From positions 62,001 through 126,000 of the forward strand of contig JALDZX010000009.1 in NCBI GenBank assembly GCA_022813865.1: 64,000 bases of DNA. Reading direction: 5' to 3'. Shown in pieces: positions 11,119-23,212 of this stretch. The DNA comes from Xylographa opegraphella (taxonomy: Eukaryota). Below the pieces are notes generated by a model. That model worked only from the letters and a program-made list of their open reading frames with translations. It had not been told where the DNA came from and ran no database searches. Made by a program: the position numbers and the translations under genes. The stretch's first letter is position 1; each line of letters starts with the position of its first letter.

Positions 11119-12752
11119 TCAATGTCCCTTCACATGCTCAATCGCCGTCACGGTCGCGTCCATGATCGGTTTCTCTAGCGCCACCACCATGCGATCCTCC
11201 GGTGCCACCTTCTCGTTGACCATCTCCTTGATCATGCACTTATAACCTCTGAACTTCCGCGCCGGCAATCTCGCCTCGAACATCTCATCAATCTCTTCCA
11301 GCGTGCGGTCCTTGACCTCTGGCAAGTAGAAGTAGATGAATGCCGCGCTCACCATGCACGACGGGAACCAGATGTAGCCGTACTTAGGCCCCCAATTGAG
11401 CGCGCTAGGATTTATGAAATACGGTGCGGTAAACGTGCACACCCAGGCGCCCAAGAAGCCAACTGCGGCAGCGAGGCCAAAAGTGTACGACCGCAGGCGC
11501 TGGGATGGCAATTCCCCACCGGAGAGCCAGCTGAAGGGGCAGATGGCGCCGTTGTAGACGAAGATGTAGATGACGGAGAAAGCGACGATGATCTGGCCGG
11601 TCTGAACAGTACCGGGGTTCTTGGTGTATACAACTGCGATGATGAGCTGGCAGAAGCCGCAAATGATGAGGCCGGTGGTGAGGAAGACGCGGCGCCGACC
11701 GTAGGGTGCGATGATGAAAAGGTCGATGATAATAGCAACGACACCCACTGCAACGAGGATACACGAGTTCATGAAGGGATTTCCCACGTCGGCCATCAGG
11801 AAGAAGTAGGTGCCGTATACTAGCATGAACATTACTCCGCAGGCAGCCTGTACGCTCACCGTCGCGACGGAGAGCATGGTACGTCGCCGGTCCACTGGGT
11901 TGCGGAACATGTCGACAATGGCAGAGCTGGAGGCGGTAGAGCGCTCGGCTTCGATACCAAGCTCGATCTCTGCAAGCTCAGCCTCCACGGCGTCTTTGTC
12001 GGGCCGTAGCCAGTAGAGAGCCTTGCGAGCTTTGTCGATCTTGCCGTGCTGCGCGAGCCAACGGGGCGACTCAGGGATGAAAAACATCCCAACGCCGAGA
12101 ATGACGGGTACGATGTAGATGAGGGCTAGAGGGATCATGTATGAGGCACGTGACTGGATGGGGGAGGTGAAGTTGTCGACCACCGTGCCAATGAGGGTAC
12201 CAACGGAGGTCCAGACCTGGAAACAGGCAAGTGCGAGACCGCGGTAGCGGGCCGGGGCCACTTCCTGCAGGTAGAGTTGGGAGAAAGTCATAAAGAAGCC
12301 GTTTGCGAGGCCAATGAACAGGCGGCCGACGTAGAGACCCGCTAGCTGGGTGGTGCCCATCATGATGGCGTTGGAGACGATGCAAAGAGCACAGGCGAGC
12401 CAGAGGCATGACTTGCGGCCAAGGACGGTGGCCATCGGGCCTATGAGGGGGGTCAGCGTTGAGTTCCGAATTCAATTATTGTGTAGGGATACACACCAGC
12501 TGCGAGGGAGCCGACAAAGGCTCCGAGAGTCATCAGCGACGATATCAGTTGCTGGACTTCGGTGGAGATGTTGTAGCCCCCAGGTATTGTGGGGTCCGCG
12601 TAGCCGAATATCTTGAGAAAGCCGACCATCGCCTGCATGCCGCCGATGAGGCCAAAGTCAATGCCATATTGAAACGGCGACATGGAGACAAGGCAGCATG
12701 CAAGCATGCACTTCCAGTTGGAGGCCAGGCCATAGACTTTCGGTGAAGCCAT
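11119..12752 (-). CDS. MFS sugar porter (alpha-glucoside/maltose permease-like), 2 exons
   Basis: ATG 12752 (MASPKVYG...FQYGIDFGLIGG), intron 12441-12496. Motifs LGRK, GRLFIG, EVAPARYRG, PESPRWL, YGRR, GELPSQRLR, LPEVKDRTLEEIDEMF. Confidence 0.93.
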
Positions 12753-13813
12753 AATAGGAAAAGAGTCCCAAAACAACGTCGTCGACGAGATATGGATAAC
12801 AGACTCGGAAGGAAGAACAGTCAAACGAGGATGAGTTTATCTACTCCACCGCTGAAGAACAAATTACTGAATGCAGGGCCATTCAGCAGGACTTTATCAA
12901 TGTGCAGATCCTCGATTCCGTCGAGCCCGGCGATTGCCTCCATCCCAACTGCCGCCCAACCCCGTGGGGAAGCCCAGACGTGCCGTTATTAAGGTATCGT
13001 GTGGGGAAGCCATACTCACTAAGCCAGGATGCCGCATCTCACCCTGGCGTGTTGATCATCAAGCTCTGGGACATTCGCGGTTGTGCTGTTGCTAGCATGC
13101 CAACGACAAGAGAGGTGGTGCTTCAGGAACGGAGCCGGTAGGTTCCACCGCCTCACTAGCCCTACCGCGCCCTTATACCGAAGTCACGTTCCACGTCTGG
13201 CCGCCCCCCAACCTTTTGCATCTCAACCCCGGCTTCGCGTGCCAGTAATGCTGGACATTGGCTAAATGTCCGGCCGTTGTCGACTCGCGATACGTGGATT
13301 GGCACATCCCGCCTCTGAATAGTCCTAGAGAATAGAGAGGATCGCCACGTCGCTGCTCTGGGTCTGGAACTTCAATCCACCAGCGGCATTCGGCAGACAA
13401 TGGATCGAGAGCTCGGTTGAGGTCAAGGCCCATGAAGCACGTCTAGCAAGCAGGCATGTATGAACCTAAATATGTGATATCGTGGCGTGAATCATTTCTC
13501 CGCCGGCTATAGCATATCAGGAATTGCCGTTGTCAGCGCCTGTCCGCTGCTCTGTATCCTATGTACCACTGTATCTTATCACTGTGTTTGATTAAGCTGC
13601 AGTAACGGAAGACGACGGACAGAGGGCCTTCCAACCAACGAATGACTGGCATAATACATCGGATAATCTAGGGTGAATCCTGTACGGACTTCGTGGGATG
13701 ATATGTGATAGACCTATTCAAACATTTTCGCCGCTTTCATGATAGTGGTCTCTACCATTGATCGACTGTAAATCATTCTATCGATTCCGAGTAAAACAAT
13801 TTGCGTCTTCAGT

Positions 13814-15859
13814 ATGATGGCTTTCTCGAGCTTTTCGGAGCTTCGAAGCACACAGCAGTTGCAGTACATCATCTCTCACGTTACAATCAATCATGTTTTA
13901 CTCTTTATTGTTATTACAAGCAGCGCCATATTGCTTGCCGACTACACCCGCATACTCGCTTTACGCAGCAAAATGGTAGGGAAATGCTCACAAAATACCC
14001 GTCTCTTCTGTACTAAGCTTCTCCAAGCCCCCGGGCCCCTTACCGTGGCCCATAATCGGCAATACCCACCTCCTACCATCCAACAAACCCTGGGTTTACT
14101 TTGAACAGCTCTCTCAATACTACAACACCCCTATCATTACCTTCTGGATAGGCCGTACCCCGACCGTCTGGCTCAATGACGCCTGGTGCGCCTCCGAGCT
14201 CCTGGACAAGCGCGCTGCTACTTTCTCCTCCCGCCCACGCATGGTTGTCTTTGGCGAGCTAGCATTCGACCAGGAGAGCCTCGTGACGCAGAAATATGGC
14301 GAACGCTTCCGCGTTCATCGCAAGCTCACTCACATGGGTGTCGGCCTACAGCAAGTGCGGAACTACCAGGGTATTCAAAGCGATGAGAACAAAGTCGTCC
14401 TGTTCGATCTTCTGAGCGACCCGGAGAACTATGTGCTCCACCTTGAGCGGTACGCTGCGAGTGTTGTGTCCATCATTGGTTTTGGTAGACGGATTCGGAC
14501 GTATACGGATCCCATCATCACGGAAGTCATTGCGATTATGCAAAAGGCGGCGGAGCTGAATGTGCCGGGGAAGAGCTTCCCGATGCTCATGGAGACTTTC
14601 CCAAGTAGATTGCCCATAATTCCCTGTCTTCACAGAACCAATCTCACACCCAATTTCTCGCACAGTACTTGCCCGCTTTCCTACCGCTATCGCACCCTGG
14701 AAGAAAGGCATGGGCGGTCCCCGTGGCCCCGCCTCTCGCGGCATGCAGTTTTTCTACGCTCTCGCGGAAGAAGCAGTTGCCAACCCCGCGCAACCCGATT
14801 GCTATGCGAAGAAGCTCTTCGCCGAGGCACCCAAGTACAACCTTTCGCGGCTGGAGGTTTCCACGCTGGCCAGCTCTCTGTGTATGTAGACCTGTACCCT
14901 CTCCTCCTTTGACGAATATTCGCTTGCACAGCATGCATATCCAAGTGCTGTCCTACTGATGAGCTCCGATTGGGGCTTTGAAATACTAACCTCAAATTTC
15001 CCCCCCAGTCGGCGCTGGCAGCGATACCTCCAGCTCCACGCTCGTCACTTTCATGCTCGCTTGCTGCGCCTTTCCCGCCGCCCTCGTTCCAGCATGGGAA
15101 GAACTCGACCGTGTCGTTGGCCATCACCGAAGTCCCACGTTCGAAGACGAGCCAAATCTGCCATATGTGCGCGCGTTCGTTAAAGAGGTTCTACGGTGGC
15201 GGAGCGTAGCGATCCTCGGAGGCCAGCCGCATGCGCCGGTTCGAGATGAGTGGTACAAGGTCCGTGAGCCTCTTTCCCTAACCCCATGGTTAACCAGTTA
15301 CTTTGATCGTAACGCGAACCGTGCTTTAGGGTTATCTGATCCCGAAAGATACGTGGGTGCAGGGTAACCTGTGGGCAATCCACCGCCACGCTCGGGACTT
15401 CCCTTCTCCGGACACATTTTTGCCAGAGCGGTTTCTCAAAGATAGTGAGTATGCGCGTCCGTTCCCGAGTGAGCGCGGGTACATGACGTTTGGGTGGGGG
15501 AGACGCGTATGCGTAGGGCAGGCGCTGGCGGAGCAGGGGACGTTCATCAGTGTAGCGAGATTACTGTGGGGTTTCAATATCCGGAAGGCAGTGGATGATG
15601 CGGGGCGGGATATTGAGGTGGATATTTTTGATTATACGTGAGTTATCCTCTGCTTCGATGAGCCAAACGCTTGCGAGGTAGCGATGTGCTGATCAAGCCT
15701 AGAAACGGGTTCAACATGCGGCCGAATCCGTTCCCATGTCGGATCACACCACGGAATGAAGAGATTAGGAGGACGATAGAGAGGGAAGGGCGCGAGGCGC
15801 TGGAGAGGTTAGGGAGGTATGAAGGCGAGACGAAGTTTAAGATGAGCAGCTTCTTTTGA
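13814..15859 (+). CDS. Cytochrome P450 monooxygenase, 6 exons
   Basis: N-terminal membrane anchor, PPGPLPWPIIGN hinge after intron 1, I-helix GAGSDTSS, EVLR (ExxR), PERF and heme motif FGWGRRVCVG. Five GT-AG introns reconstruct a continuous frame. Confidence 0.95.
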
Positions 15860-16864
15860 GGGCAAGCTGTAATGGTCGAATACACAGATAAAACATCGAT
15901 TCGACGGTAGAGAGTAGCGGACAGCTAGATGGTATTCAGATGAGATCTAGATATGGTGCGGATGCATCTGTAGCAGCGGCAAGACTCTCCTCTGTGGGGT
16001 ACACGGGTCGCAGTGACCGAGTGAAATCATGACGAGTAGCACTTCAAAAGAAGCAATAACCAAGACATGGTGACTCAGCTACTCGGAGATCAGTGTATGG
16101 CACATAGCGTAAGGAAGGCCAGAAACAAAATAGTCAGAGGGTCCACAGTCGTATACTGGCGCAGTATCAGCATTCAAGCAAAGCAGCAAAGGCCCAAGTC
16201 GCATCCGCCGCTGGGATTCCAGATAGGTTGGCAAGAAGTATAGATCATGACATCCCAGATGAAAGGTCATGTCATGCATGGTAATATCCAGCTCACAGGT
16301 ACCCCATTAGCTGGAGCTGAGCAATGCATCAGCTCCCTGAGCTGCCACCGGGCATTCCACTCCGTAATCTTTGATTAGTGTTCGAGCTCTTTTCAAGACG
16401 TGCTTTCGAATGTCTCCATAGTAAGGAAGTTTGGCTCAGCAGCGAAGCCGCGATTGATGGGTTTGATATTCCTTTTCGTTCCGAAGTACTTATTCCCTTT
16501 TCCTTTTCGGACTAGCTGCCTTTCTTCAATTGCCCTAAATGCAAGCCCAGCAAGCAGCTATTAAGCGCTGGTAGTCGCTACCCGAACCAATGGAGGTGAG
16601 CGCGGGTATATCATTTTACGCTTGTTTGATTCATGTTCGCAATGTAGCCACATATCCATTTCTGCGAAGTGTCATAGGTGTTCCGGTCGGTACATGTTCT
16701 TGTGTAGGACTACTTGTCATAAAAATGCTTGTCCCCTCTCATTAAATGTGTCAATCTTTCGCTTTAAATAAAACATAGCCAAACATCCGAGATCTGTTCT
16801 TTCTCCATCATGTCTTCTTCACTTCTTTCAGTACCATTCGAGTCTTCCTTGCACATTCTTCACT

Positions 16865-19488
16865 ATGTATCCATCTCGATCACCATGTTCTGTGGCTATA
16901 CTTTTCAAAATATGGACTATATTCTATGTCCAGAAAAATATGTTTGTGTATGCATGGGACTTGAACCACAATTCCTTGGAATTCGATGTGCACAACGGAC
17001 AAGCCTCGAGCGATGTTCGTCGAGCGGTTCATCTTCCTCGAGCTGCTATGGCTCGGTATGAATCGAGCGAATTTGACCCTCATACATGGCAACAGACTGA
17101 ACTCCGAGAGACTGAGTCGGATGACCCGAATATGCTCGAGTTTTTGCTTGCTGGTCAAGACAGCTTGGACACCGGGTCTTCAGCGTATCTGCAGGACCTA
17201 ATTAGTAGGTACACCGGAGAAATGGAAGAAGATGATGAGTATATCAATTATTATCCTGGAGCGGAATACAATGTCCATCCAGCTACAAACCTAGGAATAA
17301 CAAACAGTTATAACACCATCAATACCAACCCTACTTCGTCACTCACGAGTCGAAGTATCCTCAGCCATCCTACAATCGGTAGCTCCAGCGCCTCTTCACC
17401 TCCTGTCACACGTGCATCCTCTCGTTCAGGAATCACCTCAGCTACTATCTCAACGACATCGAGTGTGGCTGGGCCTAGTAGTCGTGATGTCACTTCTAGT
17501 GTTGCAACCACAATTCCGAGTGCAAAGACGACAGCTTCTAGTGCCACAGTCACAATTTCTCGTGTACCGAGTACAACCTCTAGTGTCGCAAACACAATTT
17601 CGAGTACCGCAGCCTCAACATCCCGTGCTACAACCAAAGCTCAATCAACGAATTCCGAAGCCACTCACCCGACTAGTTCATATCGTCAACCATCGGTCAC
17701 GACGCCAAGCCAGGTAAAATCCGCTCCTACTCCCAGCGCGTCATTAAGAGACCCAACAGAGGACGAAGATGAAAAACCCCCAGCGGAAGATCCTCCCGCA
17801 GAACCTGCTGCAAACCCAGCACCAGAAGCTGCAGGAGCTGCTGGAGGAGCCGCCGGGGCCGCCGGAGGAGCCGCCGGAGCTGCAGGAGGAATTTTCGGGG
17901 ATCTTGGCAGTCTAGCCGGAGCAGCAGCAGGTGTCGCAGGAGCCGCTGGAGCTGGCGCTGCAGCAGGAGCACTAGCCGGGCACGCAGGGGGACACGGAGC
18001 TGTAAACTCAAAGCCACAGCCGACCATTTCTTCCACGTCCGCGATAGCTCCGCTGGCAGACGTAGCTGCTCTCACCGGACATTCGAGCACTACTTCACAA
18101 CTGCCTCTGGCGCAATCGACGCGAAGCGGCACCATCATTGGAGGCGCTTTATCCAATACCACACCTTTGCGGTCCATCAGGCTCTCCACGTCCGCCATCC
18201 CCACAACCACAAGTGCACCTCAATTACGAAACGGCGCACACTCTGTCGTCCGTTTCCCTCCACCAGCTGCCTTCATCCCTGGTGTAAAACCCACCGTAGC
18301 ACTCTCCACCCCCTCCGGTGCCCCTATCGTCCTCGCTGGCGTCCGCTCCGCCGCCGCCCTCCTCGCGCTTCCTATTCCCCTCGCGCGCATCTACGCCGTC
18401 AACGCCCCCCCGCACCAAAACCCCCCACACGCACAGCTCCCGCAGTGCAACACCTTGGGTCCCGCGTCCTACGCCCCCGCCGCGCCAGTGACCCCCAACG
18501 CCACCATCACCGCCGCCTGCTCCGTCGCGCTCAAGCCCAACGCCTTCGACGCCCTCATCGACGCCATCTACGCCGACGTGCAGGCCGGACACCTGCCGCT
18601 CTTTCCGTACAAGGTGCCGTGGATCTACACCAAGGATGTGGAGGGCGTTCGATTCAACTACACCGCTGTTGGGCCGGGCGCCGGCCTCGGCGTCTTCCTC
18701 GGCACGCTGAACTACTTCAATTACCTGCGGTATGCGGGGTGGAGCAACGCCGGCGTCGCGACCGTGAACGCGGCCGCCGAGGGTGGGGCGCCGGTGAGGG
18801 CGAGGAGCGCGGACGGGGCGAAGGTCGCTGGCGTGGAGATTTGTCAGGTGGGTGGGAGCTTGTCCGGGTGTTTGGGGCGGGCGGGGGACTTGGGCCCGCG
18901 GATCGGTGCGAGTGTGGGAGGGGTGGGTAAGGGGCCTGGTGGGAGTGTGGCACCTGGTGGGAGTGTGGCACCTGGTGGGAGTGTGGCACCTGGTGGGAGT
19001 GTGGCACCTGGTGGGAGTGTGGCACCTGGTGGGAGTGTGGCACCTGGTGGGAATGTGGCACCTGGTGGGAGTGTGGCACCTGGTGGGAGCAAGGGACCTG
19101 GTGGGAGCGTGGCACCTGGTGGGAGTGCGGGTGGGGGAAGCAAGGGACCTGGTGGGAGCGCGCCGCCTGGTGGGAGTGTGGCACCTGGTGGGAGTGCGGG
19201 TGGGGGAAGCAAGGGACCTGGTGGAAGCGCGCCGCCTGGTGGGAGCGCGCCGCCTGGTGGGAGCGTGGCAACTGGNNNNNNNNNNNNNNNNNNNNNNNNN
19301 NNNNNNNNNNNNNNNNNNNNNNNNNCAAGGGACCTGGTGGGAGCGCGCCGCCTGGTGGGAGTGTGGCACCTGGTGGGAGTGCGGGTGGGAGAAGCAAGGG
19401 ACCTGGTGGAAGCGCGGCGCCTGGTGGGAGCGCGCCGCCTGGTGGGAGCGTGGGAGGGGGGAGCAAGGGGCTTGATGGGAGGAGGTGA
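16865..19488 (+). CDS. Large modular, probably extracellular protein: acidic N-terminus, Ser/Thr mucin region, Gly/Ala region, Cys-containing domain, C-terminal PGGS repeats
   Basis: About 800 codons are open up to the gap. After the gap the repeat frame (KGPGGSAPPGGSVAPGG...) ends GSKGLDGRR-TGA at 19486-19488. The ORF-track end of 19696 results from the arbitrary 50-N gap length. Confidence 0.7.
18932..19470 (+). repeat. Coding minisatellite, 18-bp unit CCTGGTGGGAGTGTGGCA (PGGSVA) with higher-order variants
   Basis: About 8 near-identical units at 18935-19078, then mixed PGGSKG/PGGSAP/PGGSAGGGSKG units on both sides of the gap. Confidence 0.95.
19276..19325. other. Assembly gap (50 N) inside the tandem repeat
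   Basis: Run of n characters. Confidence 1.
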
Positions 19489-20827
19489 TAGGTTACTCAT
19501 CTGCTCTTTCGTATTATGCTGTCAGAGGGTTCGGTGGGAGTCCTTTGGATGTATGAGTGGGAGCGCGGGAATGCTGTCAATGCCGCTCTCCGACCCTTCT
19601 CTTCGTTCGGTGACAAGTCGACGGTGTCGCTCGTCTCTGCAAGAGACCACTTTGGTCAAGCCGCATTACACGCTGTTTCATGATCTGCACGGATAGGTTG
19701 CTCTGATATCTTTTAGCTAAGCTAGACTGGGTCAGAGAAAGAATTCGTAGGCCTGGCGTGATAAAGTACATTGTGATTTGAAGTCTTTCCCATACACCTA
19801 GCGGTTACTTTCTTTGTCAAAGACCTGGCGGATATCAAATTGTCCCCAGCTCTCGTCGGTAGACTGCCTCAACTGTCATTGGAGGCATCCTTCTGTGCAG
19901 TAGTCTGAGTGGCAAGTACAGGGTTTTTAGTACCCACGATCCCTCAGCCACCGAATGCGATTCCTTGATGCTGACGACAAATACGGTTCGCTGTCAGCCT
20001 TGACTTTTGCGACGACCAGCATTAGAGAAAGTTCTTTCTGCTAACAAGGTCGTGGATATGCAAGTACGACAGGGATATCTTTTGCCCAGATGGCGTGCAT
20101 TTGCACATGTTTTGTCGATAGGTATATATCAAAGGGGGGAGAGGAAAGTTCCTTCTCATGTTCTTAATCTGGCAAACAAGACCATCCGTGGGCGGTATCT
20201 TCACCTGCGCCCCTTTCGAAGTCGGGGTTGCAACATTCGAAATCACGGATAAAGAGTAGGTCCGTTACACCGCTACTGAAGCGCTAGTAAGAGAGCTAGG
20301 ATGGAACTAGCATTAGCGTATCATTATTTGTCAAATCTCTATCAAATCGTTTTATCAATTTCTACTCCATGGTCGGGAAGACTCCGGGGCGATACAGTGT
20401 AGAGACTAATATAGGTTGGTCATACAGCATGGCAGAGAAACTGGTTGGCCTGCAATCTGGACCGTTGCTGACAAGCAGAATGAAAATCTGTGCTGTTAGT
20501 AATCCTCTCGCAGAGCCGCCTTGCTTGCCAGCTACTGCTTACTGCTGACCCAACCACCACATCAGATAGCTTCTGCGCCCAAACTACTGACCGCCCAAAA
20601 TCATATTCTTGTGCTGATGGAATTAATGGCACCATCAGATACACTACCGAGTCCCATGATAAGCTATCTGACAAAGATCGTGGTGGCAATGCAACACTGT
20701 AAAATCTATTGGGCCCACCACTGGCCAAGGGCGTCGACGACAACAAGAACTAATGCTCATGTAATCTGTTCTCCTTATCATCAATGCTTTTGATTTCCTC
20801 ATCTTCTCGTCTTTGCTGAGATCAAAA

Positions 20828-22045
20828 ATGTCCCGCGAACCTCCCGAAAGTCGTGCTCACCTTATTGTTGTTGTTTCCGTTGTTGCTCCTTGCATCACCA
20901 CGGTTTTTATCGCTGCGCGGATATGGACCCGTGCCTTCCTTCTGAGGTCCTTGGGCTGGGATGACTACATCTCACTTATCACTTTACCATTCGTTATAGC
21001 GTTTAGTGTTGTTCTTGTTCATGCTACGCAATATGGGATGGGCAGTCACGTTTGGGACCTGGACGACATGATGGCAACTAGCTACTATGAGTGGGTAGCA
21101 ATTCAATCGACGATTTACGTATTCTGTGTTCTCGGTTACAAGTTGGTTATCTTGTTCCTCTATCTACGGCTCTTTAGCATTGACGGAAGACTACGGTATG
21201 CAACTTACGCCGTTATGTTCTGGGTGGTTGGGTACCTACTGTGCAACTTCATCACCCAAGTAGCCGGCTGCACCCCGATATCCAAGTTCTGGTCTCCAGC
21301 AACGCCTGGGCATTGTTACGATTTCTTCAAAGCCGACCTGGTGTTTGGCTCTATGAACTGGATAACAGATCTCGTGATCTTTGCCCTGCCTTGGCCTATT
21401 GTGTGGAATATGCAGCTTTCCCGAAGAGAGAGAATTGGCGTATATTTGGTCTTCATGAGCGGAGCAGTGTAAGATACTTATCTCATGCTATGATGAGATT
21501 CCTGGTTTAACGTGCTTCTTAGTGCCTGTATAGTATCCGTCATTCGTTGTGCTTATATGTACACGGATCTCGCGTCCTACGATAGGACATGGATCGCGGG
21601 TTTGACCTTTACTTGGGGGCAAGCAAACGCACTCCAGGCCTCGTATCACTTCTGGAGCTAATGTAACTTTAGCGTTCTCGAGTTGAACACGGGACTCATC
21701 TGCAGTTCTGCTGCGGTTCTCAAACCATTCATCAACCATTTGTTGGTCAGAACAACCGACCAACCAAGATCGGTGAAGTATTATTTCGAGCGGCACCCTT
21801 CAGCATCATCAAATCCGAGTACCATCAGTCGTACCAGAATTCACTCCTCGCCCGATCTCACCTTCGAGGCTGTACCGAGAACAGACTTAGAAAAGACTGT
21901 TAGCATCGTCCACGAGCGCACCGCAAATTTCAGGCCCGGCCACAAGCGAGAGGATTCTGCATCAGCGACAGCAGCAAACCCGAATGAACGGCCAAGCTCA
22001 GAAGCTGAAACTGCAGCCGATTACAGCCAGGACGATGAATGCTAA
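20828..22045 (+). CDS. PTH11-like integral membrane protein (fungal rhodopsin-like GPCR, no CFEM domain), 3 exons
   Basis: ARIWTR..LGWDD, YGMGSHVWD, KLVILFLYLRLF, CTPISKFW, TDLVIFALPWPIVWNMQL, IVSVIR, LELNTGLICSS..LKP. Introns ~21470-21522 and 21619-21672 (GC-AG). Confidence 0.9.
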
Positions 22046-23212
22046 ACCACACGATTTCTCAAAATGACGCCATCTGATTCTTCCCATTTTATCAAGCGAA
22101 TTAGCAATGGCGCTGGACGGTGTCTCGCCTCTCTAATCTCGACTACCGCACGTCGTCTTAGTCTTCGAGCGGATATTTGCGCCCTACATGTATATGTTCT
22201 TCCGTTCATATGAAATCATGTCCAACATACAGTGTTCCACCACATTCCCACTCCAAGCGATTCCATCACATACAATTTACCCACTGCCCAGAAACCTGCA
22301 CCTCTGCCGATATATCAGTGGTATACATGTCACGACAGCCTCGTCCTGTCCCATATTCCGCCCCGTCAGCTGATATCCCATCGTCTCCTGAGCTCCACAT
22401 ATAATCGAAGAACCCCGCCCCCACCCCCCCCCCCAACGCCCTTTCATCTAACCCTACCAAAACGCACTCCCCCGTACCCATGTCATAGACCCTCACATAG
22501 ATATTCCACAGTAGACGAACACGAAAGCCTGACCTTCTTCCCTATTATCCGCCTCCTACCCGCTTCCCCACACAGTACCACCGAAAACATTCCGCCACCT
22601 CGAACATACCCTCCACCACAAAATACAGGCGGCGACACAAAAGCCTCAACCTCAGATCCGGATCGCGGTTTGGATCCTGCGGACCGGTAGACCTCCTGAA
22701 GCTCACTGGATGAGGGTCTTGCTATACTCGCACCTGGTAAAGGCTATTATTCAGAGCACTGAGAAAAAGTACCCGGGAGCGCCTCATTCAGGCTTTTTCG
22801 AGAACCCGATAAGGGGCTTTCATCGCACCTGGTACTGGCCTCGGTAGCATATAACCGAAAGAAATGCTTGCGAGTGCGTCCGGGGTTGGAGAGGGGGTTG
22901 GGGGGGGCTACAAGCCAGATGATGCGAGGCAAACGTATCCATCACACGCATGTCTTCATACCCCGGAAATCTTCGACATCGCAGCCTGACTGCGCCAGAC
23001 CCCGGATCTACAGACGAGCACTTCTTTCCATAGCGGCAGAAAGCAGGGACTGCGCCGAGCACGGACTCATAGCGTAGGATGTAATATTGCGATCTTTCTT
23101 TATCTAGGTAGCTACCGCCCCCAAGTCCTGAAGCCGAGTTGCAAGCACGCTCAGAGAACCGCCCTCACGCCCACCTCTAACCGAGACCCAACAAACACCC
23201 ATCCCCTCCCCT

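Noticed and set aside
14882..15009. Internal branch/acceptor (TTGAC...CACAG) in P450 intron 3 suggesting a nested intron
   Set aside because: No valid donor is regenerated, and the distal acceptor restores the I-helix GAGSDT.
8936..15859. Classical dikaritin (ustiloxin-type) RiPP cluster
   Set aside because: No DUF3328/UstYa gene with HxxHC motifs was seen, and the precursor repeats are degenerate LxxR units rather than identical KR-flanked cores.
18224..19500. Long antisense ORFs with (PTRCHT)n, (HQVPHS)n and (PPGATL)n; superficial CRISPR-like periodicity
   Set aside because: Shadows of the 18-bp stop-free repeat. There are no unique spacers and no cas genes, and the DNA is eukaryotic.
19326..19696. 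C-terminus of the 943-aa ORF (RDLVGARRLVG...)
   Set aside because: Artefact of the arbitrary 50-N gap; the repeat frame ends at 19488.
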